DNA of 64,000 bases from Candidatus Latescibacterota bacterium (GCA_965198115.1 OZ240241.1:992001-1056000), one strand, 5' to 3'. Numbered from the stretch's first letter, positions 45,457 to 57,416 are shown. The notes: generated by a model not told the origin, from the sequence alone. A program made the numbers and translations.

Positions 45457-46488
45457 CTACCACTCGGTCGCCTCCTCCGTCCATCGTCGCCCGTGTCCAG
45501 CCGCCACGATCTCACGGTTGAGGTAGTGCCCGTTTCGCGCAATCGTAACCGGATCGCTCTCCCCAGGTAAATAAATGATGTCGGCCAAGTAACGATCGTA
45601 TAGGTCTATCTTGGTCGTCGAAACGATGACGTGATCGACCGAAGACAGGGTTCCCACGACAAAATCTCGTGCCCGAACACCTGCGGGTGTCTGTCGTTCG
45701 GGGCTGTCGATGCCGCGGAGTCGAACCTTCTGGTCGCACAACGTTCCGAACCCACAATCGATCGCGACCCATAGCGTGTCGGCATCGATGATCGATGCGA
45801 CGGAAGCGAGGTAGCTGTAAATACGTCGGCGATGTTCATAAGGCACGATCGTGTAACGTCCATCTTCATCCCGTCGGGCTCTGACGAGGGCACCCGCATC
45901 CAGACCGGCGTCGTCGTGTTCGGAAAGACGTTCGAAGACACGAAAGCCAAGGTCCAGGACCCGGCCGATGTCGGGCCTCTCGGTCAGGCGGTAGATCCAC
46001 GGTTCGCCACGCTTGGCAACGAGCTGAGCGGCCTCCGATTCCGCCACCGACTCAGCGTCGGGAAGGGAATCCGCCAACGCACCGTCGGAAATCTGCGCCT
46101 CGAGCTGCCGAACACTCCAACCGTGGGCGATGGCAGCCTCCAAATACCGGTTCCGGACTGTGGAATCGCCGATTCGGATGAGCCGCCGGTAGTGGCTCCA
46201 GGACAAATGTGGCCCCGGGGCCACTTTTTCGATTCGGCGCCGAAATTCGACGATTTCGTAGAGCAGCCGTTGGTCGATGCCGACGTCTGCCGCCAGACGC
46301 GTGATCGTCTGGTCACCGTAGCTCCGATCGATGGCGTCGAGGTAGGCGCGGACCCGGGTGCCGACGGTCCAATACGTTTGGAGACGCGCCGATTCGACAG
46401 CCTTGCGGGCCTGGTCGCGGCCTTCTTCGAGAGCGGCTGCAACGTCGGATCTGAGCTGTGGGTAGTCGGGGGCGTGTTCGAGTGTCAA
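45457..46488 (-). CDS. DUF1016(YhcG)-N-terminal domain fused to a thermonuclease (SNase) domain
   Basis: GAGGAGG RBS; LQTYWTVG..SYGDQTITRLAAD..LSWSHYRRL..GWSVRQLE; IIDADTL..VRLRGIDSPE..DLYDRYLA..LNREIVAAGHG. Confidence 0.88.
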   Translation of the reverse strand: MTLEHAPDYPQLRSDVAAALEEGRDQARKAVESARLQTYWTVGTRVRAYLDAIDRSYGDQTITRLAADVGIDQRLLYEIVEFRRRIEKVAPGPHLSWSHYRRLIRIGDSTVRNRYLEAAIAHGWSVRQLEAQISDGALADSLPDAESVAESEAAQLVAKRGEPWIYRLTERPDIGRVLDLGFRVFERLSEHDDAGLDAGALVRARRDEDGRYTIVPYEHRRRIYSYLASVASIIDADTLWVAIDCGFGTLCDQKVRLRGIDSPERQTPAGVRARDFVVGTLSSVDHVIVSTTKIDLYDRYLADIIYLPGESDPVTIARNGHYLNREIVAAGHGRRWTEEATEW

Positions 46489-46676
46489 GCTTCCTCCTCA
46501 TCCAGAACATGGCGGGGGGACGGCGAGGTCGTATTGGGACGATACCAAAAACCAACACGATGACCAAAACAATTGGTGCAGGCGGACCCGCGGATTTGCA
46601 CTTTGCCTTTTTAGGAGTTTGGCGTTCCCTTAAGATCTCACGCTGAACAACCATCTCAACAGTGACAGAGGAGTCT

Positions 46677-47741
46677 ATGCCCACTGTTCAACACCAGGAG
46701 CTCCGACGATACGGACACGAGGTTTTCAAGGCGGCCGGTATTCCGGAGGAAGACGCACGGATCGTGAGCGAGCATCTTGTCAACAGCAACCTGTATGGTC
46801 ACGACTCCCACGGGGTCGCGCACATTCCGCACTACGCGGAGGGGATGAGGCGTAACTACGCGTCCTGGGAAAACCGCGTGGTGGTCAAGGAAACGGCGTG
46901 TCTGCAAGTGATCGACGGAAGAGGCGCGAACGGGATCGTAGCTGTGACCAAGGCGGTCGACATCGCGATCGAAAAGGCCCGACAATCGACCTTTGGGTTC
47001 GTCGGGCTCAACCACGTGACCCATATCGGTCGCTTGGGCGATTTTCCGCCGCGGATCGCCGAACAGGGGATGGTCGGGATCGTCTGGCTGAACGGGGGCG
47101 GGCTGTTTATGACGCCGTTCGGCAGCGCCGACAGAAGACTGCGCCCGGAGCCGATGGCGTTTTCTGCCCCCCGAAAGAACGGGCCCCCCTTTATGCTCGA
47201 TATGACAATGTGCACGGTGGCGGGCGGGAAGATCGAGCAGAAGCGGGTGCGGAATCAGCCGATGCCGGACGGATGGGTGATCGACCGGCAAGGCAAGTGG
47301 GTGACCGATCCGAACGTCTACCGTGACGACCCTGACAATACCGGCGTTCCACCCATTGGTGGGATGCAGTTCGGACACAAAGGGTTCGGCCTCGGGATGA
47401 TGGCCGAAATGCTCGTCGGACCGCTCACGGGCGCCGGCTGCACCCACGCGAACGGACGCGGCGTCGAGCGCAACGGGAACGGCACGATGGTCCTGGCCAT
47501 CGACATCGAATCGTTCACCGAGCTGGACACCTACAGGGATGACGTCGAGGGTCTTGCCGAGTGGGTCTGCGGGTCACAGCCCCTTCCGGGATTCGACAGG
47601 ATTTATGCGCCCGGGGAAATCGAACAGGCCAAATGGTCGACGCTGATCGAAGACGGTATCGATCTCCCGGACGGGACGTGGGAAGAATTCGAAAAAACGA
47701 GCGAGGAATTCGGCGTCCCAATGCCGAAAGCGGAAAGCTGA
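46677..47741 (+). CDS. Ldh_2-family oxidoreductase (malate/L-sulfolactate dehydrogenase-like)
   Basis: GHDSHG, HIGRLG, GHKGFGL, IYAPGE. Confidence 0.92.
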   Translation: MPTVQHQELRRYGHEVFKAAGIPEEDARIVSEHLVNSNLYGHDSHGVAHIPHYAEGMRRNYASWENRVVVKETACLQVIDGRGANGIVAVTKAVDIAIEKARQSTFGFVGLNHVTHIGRLGDFPPRIAEQGMVGIVWLNGGGLFMTPFGSADRRLRPEPMAFSAPRKNGPPFMLDMTMCTVAGGKIEQKRVRNQPMPDGWVIDRQGKWVTDPNVYRDDPDNTGVPPIGGMQFGHKGFGLGMMAEMLVGPLTGAGCTHANGRGVERNGNGTMVLAIDIESFTELDTYRDDVEGLAEWVCGSQPLPGFDRIYAPGEIEQAKWSTLIEDGIDLPDGTWEEFEKTSEEFGVPMPKAES

Positions 47742-47865
47742 ATTGTACCCAAGCAGAGGACGACGAGATTCAGGATAAGGGTGCCGGGCTCGAGTCTACT
47801 TGAAACTGCACTCAGCCAGGACTCTGGGCCCTTGTCAGCCCGCTTAAGCGGGCTTCGGTATCTTA

Positions 47866-49127
47866 GTGCATGGTTTCATAAACATTATTACGTATGTTCT
47901 GAACATTATTTGTAGCTTATGTTCTCCTTCAAAAGGAGGAGAACAATGCCAAGACGTTCGCCTTATGTGGTGCTACTGTCTGAGAAGGAACGGGTCGACC
48001 TCGAGCGAATGGCTGGACAATATACGTTACCGTATTATCAAGTGATCCGATCGAAAATCGTGCTTCTCGCCGCCGAGGGATTATCCAACAAGATTATCGC
48101 CCAACGGTTGGATGTCCCGCGTCCGATCGTAAGCAAATGGCGTAAGCGCTTTTTCGAAGAGCGTCTTTCGGGACTCGAAGATAGATCTCGTCCCGGGCGC
48201 CCGCCCGGTTTTCCCCCCTCAGGTGGTCGTTCAGATCAAGGCGCTGGCGTGTGAACTACCGAGCGAGAGCGGGATACCGCTCTCGCGGTTCAGCTGTTCC
48301 GAGATTGCCGCCGAGGCAGTGCAAAGGGGCTTCGTTGCCAAGATCAGCGGCGCCACTGTCTGGCGCTGGTTGAACGAGGACGCGATTCGTCCTTGGTATC
48401 ATCGCTCCTGGATTTTCCCACGGGACCCGGACTTCCAAACCAAAGCAGGTAGAGTCCTTGATCTGTATCACCGCCAATGGCAAGGAAAGCCTTTAGGGCC
48501 GAGGGAATATGTACTTTCTGCCGACGAAAAGACCAGTATTCAAGCACGAGCTCGCAAGCACGTTACCCTACCGCCAGCCTCGAACAGAGCGGCACGCGTT
48601 GAAACACGAATACGAGCGGAAAGGAGCCCTGGCCTATCTGGCTGCTCTCGACGTGCACAATGGTCGAATCTTCGGTCTCTGTGAGTCTTCTTCGGGTATC
48701 GAGCCCTTCAACCGGCTCCTGAGCCTGATCATGAGCCGGAAACCCTATTGCTCGGCAAAGAAAGTCTACCTCATCGTGGATAATGGCTCCTCGCACCGAG
48801 GGCAAACATGCATCGACCGTATCCAGGGGAAGTGGCCAAACATCCACCCCGTTCACCTTCCGATCCACGCAAGCTGGCTCAATCAGATCGAGATCTACTT
48901 CTCGATCCTCAAACGCAAGGCTCTGACACCTATCGAATTTGCATCGCTCGAAGAGCTTGAGGCAAGAATCCTCGGTTTTCAGGAACGCTACGGACGTATC
49001 GCCACACCCTTCAAATGGAAGTTCACACGAACAGATCTCGCGGAGATGATCGACAAACTCAGGTTCTACGATACGCCCTTGGCAAAGTCTGCTTAGAATA
49101 CGTCACCGTATTTGAGAACAGGAGTAC
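47866..49127 (+). mobile_element. IS630-family IS inserted at TA inside a REP
   Basis: HTH ORF from 47946, TTTTCCCCCCTC slippery site, ADEKTSIQ, DNGSSH, SWLNQIE; additional frameshift near 48603; imperfect IRs. Confidence 0.92.
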
Positions 49128-49175
49128 TCATCGTGGGACTTCAGTCCCTCGTGCCTTTTGGCGTAGCCGAATCGA

Positions 49176-50147
49176 ATGAACCAAACTCTCCCAAAACGAA
49201 AGCTCGGTAACACCGACATCCACCTTACAGAGTTCGGCGTAGGTGGATTCCTCGGACTGCTCGTCGAGGATGGCTCAACGAAGGAAGACTGCGAACAGGC
49301 GGCCATCGACACGGTGCGTCGCGCTTTCGATCTCGGCGTGCGTTACATCGATACGGCGCCGGGCTACGGCGGCGGTAAAACGGAACGACACTTGGGACTG
49401 GGACTACGGGAACTGTCGGATGAAGAACGCGCCGAGCTCCGTGTGTCGAGCAAAGTCGGGACTCATCCCGAGAAGCGGCATCAATACGATGCCGACTCGA
49501 TCCGGTGGTCGCTTGAGAAGACGCTCGATCGGCTATACTGCGACCGACTCGACATCGTCTATATCCACGACCCTGGAGAGGACGCGCACGTCGATCAGAT
49601 TTTCGCCGATAGTGGCGCGCTGCCGACGCTCGAGGCTTTACGTGAAGAGAACGTGATCGGCGCGACCGGGCTCGGGAATCGCACGCATCGTTACCTGAGA
49701 CGTGCGATTGAGAGCGGCAGGTTCGACGCCATTCTCCCATCCTATGACTTCCATCCGCTGCGGGACTCGGTCCGCGGTGTGATTGAAGAAGCGGCAGAGG
49801 CCGGTGTCGGGGTGGTGAACGGGTCACCTTACAATGCCGGACTGTTGGCTGGCCGGGACCTGGATGAAGCACTCAGGAAACGCGGTGCCCCGGAGGCGGA
49901 TGTCGAACGGGCACGCGTCCTTCGTGCGTGGTGCGATGAACGGGGGCTCGATTCCGGGGCGCTGGCGATGCAGTACAGTCTGCGAAACCCGGCGATCACG
50001 TGTACGCTGGCCGGGCCTCGAACGGTCGACGAAATCGAGACGAACATTCTACACGCGACAACCGAGCTGCCCGATCAGGTCTGGGGCGAGCTCTCCCAAT
50101 TCGTGAAGACGTTAGGACCAGCGCCGCCGGGAGGCGAGTCACAGTAG
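49176..50147 (+). CDS. Aldo/keto reductase
   Basis: GVRYIDTAPGYG, SSKVG, DIVYIHDP. Confidence 0.93.
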   Translation: MNQTLPKRKLGNTDIHLTEFGVGGFLGLLVEDGSTKEDCEQAAIDTVRRAFDLGVRYIDTAPGYGGGKTERHLGLGLRELSDEERAELRVSSKVGTHPEKRHQYDADSIRWSLEKTLDRLYCDRLDIVYIHDPGEDAHVDQIFADSGALPTLEALREENVIGATGLGNRTHRYLRRAIESGRFDAILPSYDFHPLRDSVRGVIEEAAEAGVGVVNGSPYNAGLLAGRDLDEALRKRGAPEADVERARVLRAWCDERGLDSGALAMQYSLRNPAITCTLAGPRTVDEIETNILHATTELPDQVWGELSQFVKTLGPAPPGGESQ

Positions 50148-50157
50148 GAGAAAACGA

Positions 50158-51688
50158 ATGTTTCGAAGATGGATGATCGTTGTTGTGGTGACGGTGTGGG
50201 CGAGCCCTGCAGGTGGGGAACCTCCTGCACCCGGATCTTTCATTCTGTATCCGGAACGAATCCGCTTGAAAGACGGGGGATTCCACGAAGCCGAGCGCGG
50301 AGTCCTCTTCGCGCCAGCAAATCGCAATAACCCTGACGGTGGCGTCGTCACGGTCGAGGTGTATCGGTTCAAGGCAACCGAGAAGGCGGATCCCAATACA
50401 CCGCCACTGTTCAGGCTACCCGGGGGTCCCCGCTTCGACGGTTTGGCCGGACCCCTGAGTGAACCCGGCTACTTCGAATCGTGATACCTGCCCTACCTGG
50501 ATCACGCTGACGTGGTCGTCGTGAGTCAGCGAGGTATCGGACCCTCACAGCCCTCTACGATCATCGAAACGACGACGCCAACCACACCGCTCGACCAACC
50601 TTACGATGATGCTGTCGCAGGAGAGGCCTTTCGAAGCGGCCTCGCTCGCGAGAGAGCACTCTGGGAGTCCCACGGTGTCGATCTGAGCGGGTTCACGGTG
50701 GTCGAAGCGGCCGCAGACGTGAACGACGTTCGAGCGGCCCTCGGATACGACAAGATCGTCGTATGGGGTGTGAGCTTCGGAAGTCATTGGGGGATGTCCG
50801 TATTACGGTATCATCCCGAGATCGTCGAACGTGCCGTCCTGACGGGGATGGAAGGCCCTGATCACACCTACGATCATCCCGGGCACATCTGGAACGTCTA
50901 CAAGCGTGTGGCCGAAGAGGCGGAAGTCGCTCCGGAGTTTTGAGGACTACATCCCCCAAGGCGGTCTGATCGCAGCCATCGAGAAATTGGCCGCGACGCT
51001 CGCCATCGTTCCTGCCCGTGTCACGGTTTGGATACCGGACGTCGGTGCGCAAACCGTCCTCATCGACGGCCCCGTCATTCGACAGCTCGCCCAGGGTTAT
51101 TCAGGAAACCTCGCGTCCTGGCCGGCCGACATCATTTCCCTGTACACGGGAAGCTACGGCAGGGCGGCTGTGAGCCTGGTCAAGGCGCGTCAAGCCACGA
51201 CCGGGGAGTTGGGCAGCTACCACGACGAGGACCGATTCAACCACGAGGGGAGAACCTTCCTCACGGCGAGCTACTTCTCCCTCGATTGCGGATCGGGGAT
51301 TACGGCAGAAAGACTGGCCGCCTACGATGCCGACCCGGCGAACCAGGTCATCGGAGAGCTCAACTGGAAGTACAAGAATGGATGTTCCGAATTCGAGAGC
51401 GATCTGGGGGATGCGTTCCGTCAGAACTTCGACACGGACATTCCCACCGTCATCGTCCAGGGAACGTGGGATCTCTTCACGCCTTACGAGAATGCCGTCG
51501 AACTGGCCCCGCACTTCAAGAATAGCAAGTTCGTCACGGTCAAAAGAGGCGGCCACGGAGCTCTGGGGCAGGCTCTCCGTGCGTCGAAACCCTTCGAGGC
51601 GGCCATCTGGGCCTTCATCACGACCGGCGATATGTCAGGCCTGCCCGACGAGGTCGAGATCCCCGTCGAGTGGGTCGCTCCGCGTTGA
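50158..51688 (+). pseudogene. Secreted alpha/beta hydrolase (TAP-like peptidase), two frameshifts
   Basis: LPGGP, SQRGIG, GVSFG nucleophile elbow, GTWDLFTP, GGHG; breaks near 50482 and 50940. Confidence 0.88.
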
Positions 51689-51733
51689 GTGTTCAGTGGT
51701 TCGGTGTTCAGTGTTCAGTAAACCGGGCAACGT

Positions 51734-51772
51734 AGGCTGAAGCCCTACGCTGATGCAACGAAGCCGGCTGAG
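51734..51772. repeat. REP-like unit
   Basis: GGCTGAAGCCCTACGCT..CGAAGCCGGCTGA; same family as 53062 and 47837. Confidence 0.6.
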
Positions 51773-51801
51773 ACAGTCCGAAGCTGCGACATCAAAGAAA
51801 C

Positions 51802-51835
51802 AGAGGCTACGCCCGTTATAGGCGTAGCCTCTTTC
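51802..51835. terminator. Terminator between convergent genes
   Basis: 12-bp stem AGAGGCTACGCC/GGCGTAGCCTCT. Confidence 0.7.
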
Positions 51836-51927
51836 GCATTGGCTCGTTGTTCCCCGAATCTCTTCCCGACTCGGGCCTGGAAGTCAGAAAATACTCCTCA
51901 GTGTTCATCTGAGGTTCCAGTCTTTCT

Positions 51928-53034
51928 TCAGACCGCTTCTGCCAGATACTCCTCACTCAGATCGTGCCCCAGGCCTGGTCGATCCGAGACGTGGAAAATC
52001 CCGTTTCGCACATCGAGCGGTGGATCCAATGCTTTGTTGTATTGGGGCAGCTCGGAGTAGGCAATTTCGAGCCGATAGAAATTAGGAACGGACATCACCG
52101 TCTGAGCACCGGCAATCATCGTAATCGGACCGGTCGCATCGTGGGGGCTGATCGGAACAAAGTAAGGTTCGGCCATCACGGCGATCTTCTTCAGCTCGCT
52201 GATGCCGCCGGTGCGCACGACATCGGGCATCAGATGGTTGCACAGTCCCTGCTCGAGGATCGGTCGGAAATCGTAGCGTCCGATCAGTCTCTCACCCACG
52301 CATAGCGGAATCGAAATCTGCTCCTTGACCTGTCTGAGGGCGTCGACGTTTTCGGGCGGGACAGGCTCCTCGAACCAGCCGATGATGGACGGTTCAAATG
52401 ACTTCGCGAGGCGAACAGCCGTTGGAACGTCGAACTTCCCGTGCGCGTCGATCAGGATTTCCACATCGGGGCCCACAGATTCGCGGAGGCCCTGAATGAT
52501 TGCCGTCCCGCGTGCTTCACCAGCTGTCGAAATGCCCCCGCCGTGCTGCCGGGGGGTGTCATCGAGCTTGTAAGGATCGAGCTTGATGGCCGTGTGACCC
52601 TCGTCGACCGTTTTCTTCGCAGCAGCTGCGTACTCCTCCGGTGTGTCACACCCCCGGAACCAACCGTTCGAATAGAACTGAAGGTTGTCACGAAATCGTC
52701 CACCCAGCAGGTCGTAGATCGGCAGACCCAGTTGTTTGCCGCGGATGTCCCACAGTGCGATGTCGACCCCGCTGATCAGCGCGCTGATGAATCCACGACT
52801 GCCGATCGAGCTGAACAGCTTGTAGAGTTTAATGTTAAGGTGTTCGATCCTGGACGGATCCTCCCCGATAAGCCACTGATCGAGCTTCCGAGCCGCGGCA
52901 GCAACCATCGCGCTCCCGGGACCACTCGATGCCTGTCCCACACCGTAGAGCCCTTCGTCGGTGTGGATCCGGAGGAACACCCAGTTGTACCGGGTGCCCG
53001 GGCATTCGAATACGTCAATTGACGTGATTTTCAT
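51928..53034 (-). CDS. Mandelate racemase/galactonate-dehydratase-like enolase superfamily enzyme
   Basis: DIALWDIRGK, KLD, IDAHG, WFEEP, GER, RPGLG. Confidence 0.93.
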   Translation of the reverse strand: MKITSIDVFECPGTRYNWVFLRIHTDEGLYGVGQASSGPGSAMVAAAARKLDQWLIGEDPSRIEHLNIKLYKLFSSIGSRGFISALISGVDIALWDIRGKQLGLPIYDLLGGRFRDNLQFYSNGWFRGCDTPEEYAAAAKKTVDEGHTAIKLDPYKLDDTPRQHGGGISTAGEARGTAIIQGLRESVGPDVEILIDAHGKFDVPTAVRLAKSFEPSIIGWFEEPVPPENVDALRQVKEQISIPLCVGERLIGRYDFRPILEQGLCNHLMPDVVRTGGISELKKIAVMAEPYFVPISPHDATGPITMIAGAQTVMSVPNFYRLEIAYSELPQYNKALDPPLDVRNGIFHVSDRPGLGHDLSEEYLAEAV

Positions 53035-53061
53035 CGTTAGCCTCGTTTTGCGCGAACGGTA

Positions 53062-53226
53062 CGTGGGGGCTGAAGCCCCACGCTAAGAGCGCGAAGCCGG
53101 CTGAAGCCGGCTAAGGTGGATCTGACTTGCGCGTCCATTCGTCAAACAGAGGTGGATCGGTGTTTGGGCACTCATCAGTCCGCTTCGCCGGGCTTTGTAC
53201 TTCCACCGTGGGGATTCATCCCCGCG
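53062..53226. repeat. Inverted REP pair (REPIN-like)
   Basis: CGTGGGGGCTGAAGCCCCACGCTAAG..GCCGGCTGAAGCCGGC with a degenerate inverted partner ending CGTGGGGATTCATCCCCGCG. Confidence 0.65.
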
Positions 53227-53273
53227 CCAGTCTCTGACGGATGACAACTGCATTAGCTGCGACTCCGGCACAG

Positions 53274-54003
53274 CTAAAACTCAGCTTCCTCCCAAAAGAT
53301 CGTCACTCCCAGACCCTGCCACTTGTCCCGCTCTTCTCTGGGAACCGCGGTTGCCAGGCACCGGGGGATACCGACTGGATCCAACTGGTCGGCCACATTC
53401 TGGAAGCACGCTTCGACCGTCGACAGGGGCGGATCCGTGTGTCGTTCGATGTTGAAACGCATATCGTTCGGGCCGAAAGCGACATAGTCGATCCCCGGTC
53501 GATCGGCGAATCGTCTGGCGTGAGCGACCGCCTCGAGGGACTCGAACTGAAGGACGAGCACGGCGTGATTGTTCCACCATTCGGCGTATTCGAGCCGGTC
53601 CGGATTCCCGCCCGATGGCCCGAGCCCGACCCGATTGGGCCCGCCCCAACTTCGTCTGCCGATCGGGCCATACCAGAAGAATTCCACCGCATCCGCAACT
53701 GTCTCCTCTGTCATCACCTCCGGAACCATGATTGAAGACAGTCCAAAATCGCAAAAACGCCCAGCCAGGTAGGCCTGCCGAGTGTGGGGGAGTCGCATCT
53801 GTACAGGCATTCCGAGGTCTTCGGCCGCCGCGCAGAATGCGACGATTTCTTTTTCGGAAATCGGCCGATGCTGGCCGTCGAAATAGACGCAGTCGTAATC
53901 CCCTTTCCCGAGTGCAACCTCCATCTGACTCTTGGTGATATCGATCGGACAGGTCATCAGGACAGCGGCCTTCGTGTCTTACGGTCTGTTTGAACGGTTT
54001 CAC
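53274..54003 (-). pseudogene. HpcH/HpaI aldolase-family protein, frameshift near the 5' end
   Basis: FDGQH, IMVPEV, GPIGRRSWGG, LQFES, FGPNDM; RBS and GTG at 54003 are out of frame with the body. Confidence 0.8.
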
Positions 54004-54233
54004 GATAAGAATCCTCTTTCTTTGGACGGATGTGGTGATGCGCGCAGCGGGCAGTGTAACGAAAAATCTGCACGTGGACAAAGAGTGGGTTAGACCTCGT
54101 TGGAAAGGCTTTGGTTCGGGGAGGTATGCGAGCCATTTTCTGACACACTTCCCTCCTGGCGAAACCCTACCCGGCCGCCGTGTCGTCTCACAGTATACCG
54201 GGCAATCACAGAAGCATTTCTGAGGCGAGCTGA

Positions 54234-56682
54234 ATGATCCAGAACTACTGTCTCACAGCGATCCGCAATCTCCTCAAACACAAAGTCTATTCCTGTATCA
54301 ACATCGCTGGACTCGCTCTCGGCCTGACCTGTACGATTCTCATTCTCCTTTTCATCCGAAACGAATTCTCGTTCGATCAGCATCACTCGAAGAGCGATCG
54401 AATCCACAAGGTGCTACGGGAATCGGAGCTGGGTGATCAGGTGGAAGTTTCTCCGATGACCTCCGGAGCCCTTGCCCCCGCAATGCGAGACGAGATTCCG
54501 GAGGTGGAGTACGCGATCCGCTACTTCAGCAACGGGATGTGGACCCGCTACCGTGGAAAAGGCTTCAACGAGAATATCTGTCTCGCGGAACCGGAGATTT
54601 TCGACATCTTCGATATCCCGTTCGCGGTGGGAGACCCGGCGAGTCTCGCGGAGCACGGGTCGATCGTGATCTCGGAACGGATGGCGAACCGGTTCTTCGG
54701 CGACGAAAGCCCGATCGGGAAGACCATCGCCGTCGAGCACCACGAGATGGGTGGCGATTTCACGATCACAGACATATTCGCCATACTGCCGAATCGCTCC
54801 ACGATCTGGTTCGACGCGCTGACGACAACACCGACAGGGACGAAGATTCGAAGCTGGAACTGGTGGAGCGCCGAGGGCCAGTATCGAGGCTACACGACCT
54901 ACTTCGTGCACCGCGAAGGGGCCGACATCGACGTGGTCGAGGCCAAGCTCAACGAGCTGATGCGTGGGTATATGGGAGAGGCGACGGCAGAGCGCAGCAA
55001 GTATATTGTCCAGCCGCTTCTGGACGTCTATCTCTACTCGATGTCTCACTACGGGATGGAGTGGGGGTGGAGTGACATTCGACAGGTCTACACGATCGCT
55101 ATCGTCGGTGTCTTCATTCTGATCATCGCTCTGGTGAATTACACGAATCTCGCGACGGCCCGATCGGCGGGGCGGGCGCGCGAGATTGGGATGCGCAAGG
55201 TCGAGGGGGCAACGCGAAATCAGCTCGTGGGCCAACTGCTCTCCGAATCCGTTTTGACCGCGCTGATCTGCGTCGTCGTGGCATTGGGGGTCGTGTGGCA
55301 GCTGTTACCGACGTTCAATCAGATGGCCGGCCGAAATCTGGCGTTCTCCTTCGAGTGGATGGACGGTGTGGGGTTGGCCGGTCTGGCGTGGTGGCAGGCT
55401 TGCTCGGGGGGCTCTATCCCGCGCTCTATCTGTCACGATTCGAATCCGTGGAAGTCATCAAGGGGAACGTCAAGACAGGTCGTGGTGCGAGTCTCAGGAA
55501 GATTCTGGTGGTCACCCAGTTTGTGGTGTCGACGGCATTCATCATCGGGACCTTCGTCGTCTACGACCAGCTCAGCTACATCCGATCGAAGGATCTGGGG
55601 TTCGAGAAAGACCGAACGCTGGCGATGCCAATCTGGTTCCAGTCCAGAAAGGTTCATAATGATGGCGACGCCGACCTCCGGTTCCGACACCGCGAGGTCA
55701 AGACGCGGTTCGAGCAGCATTCGAACGTCCTCGCTTCGACGTCGAACCGATTCTATCAGGGTGCCTTCGTGACGACCGGTGTGTTCCAACCGGAGGGGTC
55801 GACGGAAAAGGTGAGGATCGGTTACACGGACGTGGACGAGGACTTCGTCGATTTCTTCGGGCTGGAGCTCCTGGCGGGAAGAGCGCTGCGCTACGAGGAT
55901 CTCGAGCGCCAGGAGGAGAACGGCCGGGCGCTGCTCATCAACGAATCCGCGATGCGACACTTGGTTGGGCGGATCCGGGGTCGGGATCCTCCAAAGACCC
56001 CATCGGAAAGCAGCTTCACGACAGTCGGGGGAATCGGGGTCAGGGTACCCGGAGTGTCGTCGTGGGTGTCCTGAAGGACTATCATACTCATTCCCTCAGG
56101 GATCCGATACGCCCCGTGGCGATCGGTCTGCGTCCCTACAGCTTCAAATATCTCTATCTGAAACTTGGCGATGGGGACCAGGATGACACACTGGCGTTCA
56201 TCGAACGGACGTGGAACGCGCTGCTGCCTCAACGGCCGTTCGAGTTCGTGTTTATGGAGGACCAGCTCAACGACTTTCTCTACAATCGGGAGCAGCAGCT
56301 GGGCCGAATGTTCAGGGTCTTCGCGATCCTGGCAATCCTCGTCGCGTGTCTTGGCCTGTTCGGCTTGACCGCCTTTATGACCGAGCAACGAACCAAGGAG
56401 ATCGGCATCCGGAAAGTTCTTGCGGCCTCCGTGCCCGACATCGTGCTCCTGATGTCCAGGGATTTCCTGTTCCTCGTCCTGATCGGAAACGTGATCGCCT
56501 GTCCCTTCGCGTTCTTCGGAATGCGGCGATGGCTCGAGGACTTTGCCTATCACGTCGATCTCGGGATCGGGACGTTTCTTCTCGGAGTGAGCGCAACCCT
56601 GGTTCTTGCTGTCATCACGGTGAGCGCGCAGGCCTACAAAGCCGCTGTCGTCGATCCGGTGCGATCGATTCGGACTGAATGA
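54234..56682 (+). pseudogene. MacB/FtsX-type ABC transporter permease, frameshifted
   Basis: INIAGLALG, RAREIGMRKV, QRTKEIGIRKVL; spread over three ORFs with breaks near 55390 and 55960-56060. Confidence 0.92.
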
Positions 56683-56702
56683 AGCAATGAAAGGGACAGT
56701 CG

Positions 56703-57416
56703 ATGGCTGAAGAGGGACGTGTCGCCCTGATCGTCGGAGCGAGCAGCGGAATGGGACGGGCAACGGCCAAAGCCTACGCCGATGCCGGGTTGCGGGTAGC
56801 GGTCGCCGCGCGCAGCGAGGACAAGCTGAAAACACTCGCCCAGGAGATCGGGCAGGGTGCGGTAGCGGCTCCCTGCGACGTCACCTTGCCGGATACGGTG
56901 AACAGGGCAGTCGAAGGAGTGATCGACGCATTCGGCAGGATCGACATCCTGGTCTACGCGACGGGGACGAACATTCCCGAACGGAGCCTGGACGTGCTGA
57001 CGGGAGAGACCTGGGAAATGATGATGGCGACGAACCTGAGCGGCGCGTTCTACTGCACCCGGGCGGTGGTGCCGCGGATGAGGGAACAAGGAAGCGGGCT
57101 GATCATCTATTTATCGACGGGAGCCGTGCAATCGCCCGATCTCTCCGGAGTTTCCTATCAGGCCAGCAAGCACGGGATGACCGGACTCGCTCACGGAACG
57201 TTCAACGAAGAGCGCGAGAACGGAATCCGGACCACGATTATTTTTCCGGGGTTGTGCGACACCCCGTTGGTCCTCAAGCGGCCGACCCCGACACCACCCG
57301 AGGTGATGGCTAAAGCATTGAAGCCCGAGGATGTGGCGGAGGCCTGTCTGTTCGTGGCGTCTCTCCCGTCGCGAACACGGATTCCCGAACTCCAGCTGCT
57401 TCCGTCCGGACTTTGA
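56703..57416 (+). CDS. SDR oxidoreductase
   Basis: GASSGMG; YQASK. Confidence 0.93.
   Translation: MAEEGRVALIVGASSGMGRATAKAYADAGLRVAVAARSEDKLKTLAQEIGQGAVAAPCDVTLPDTVNRAVEGVIDAFGRIDILVYATGTNIPERSLDVLTGETWEMMMATNLSGAFYCTRAVVPRMREQGSGLIIYLSTGAVQSPDLSGVSYQASKHGMTGLAHGTFNEERENGIRTTIIFPGLCDTPLVLKRPTPTPPEVMAKALKPEDVAEACLFVASLPSRTRIPELQLLPSGL

Noticed and set aside
48205-48225. First IS630 frameshift as inactivation
   Set aside because: TTTTCCCCCC is consistent with the programmed slippage common in IS630; only the shift near 48603 looks like damage or error.
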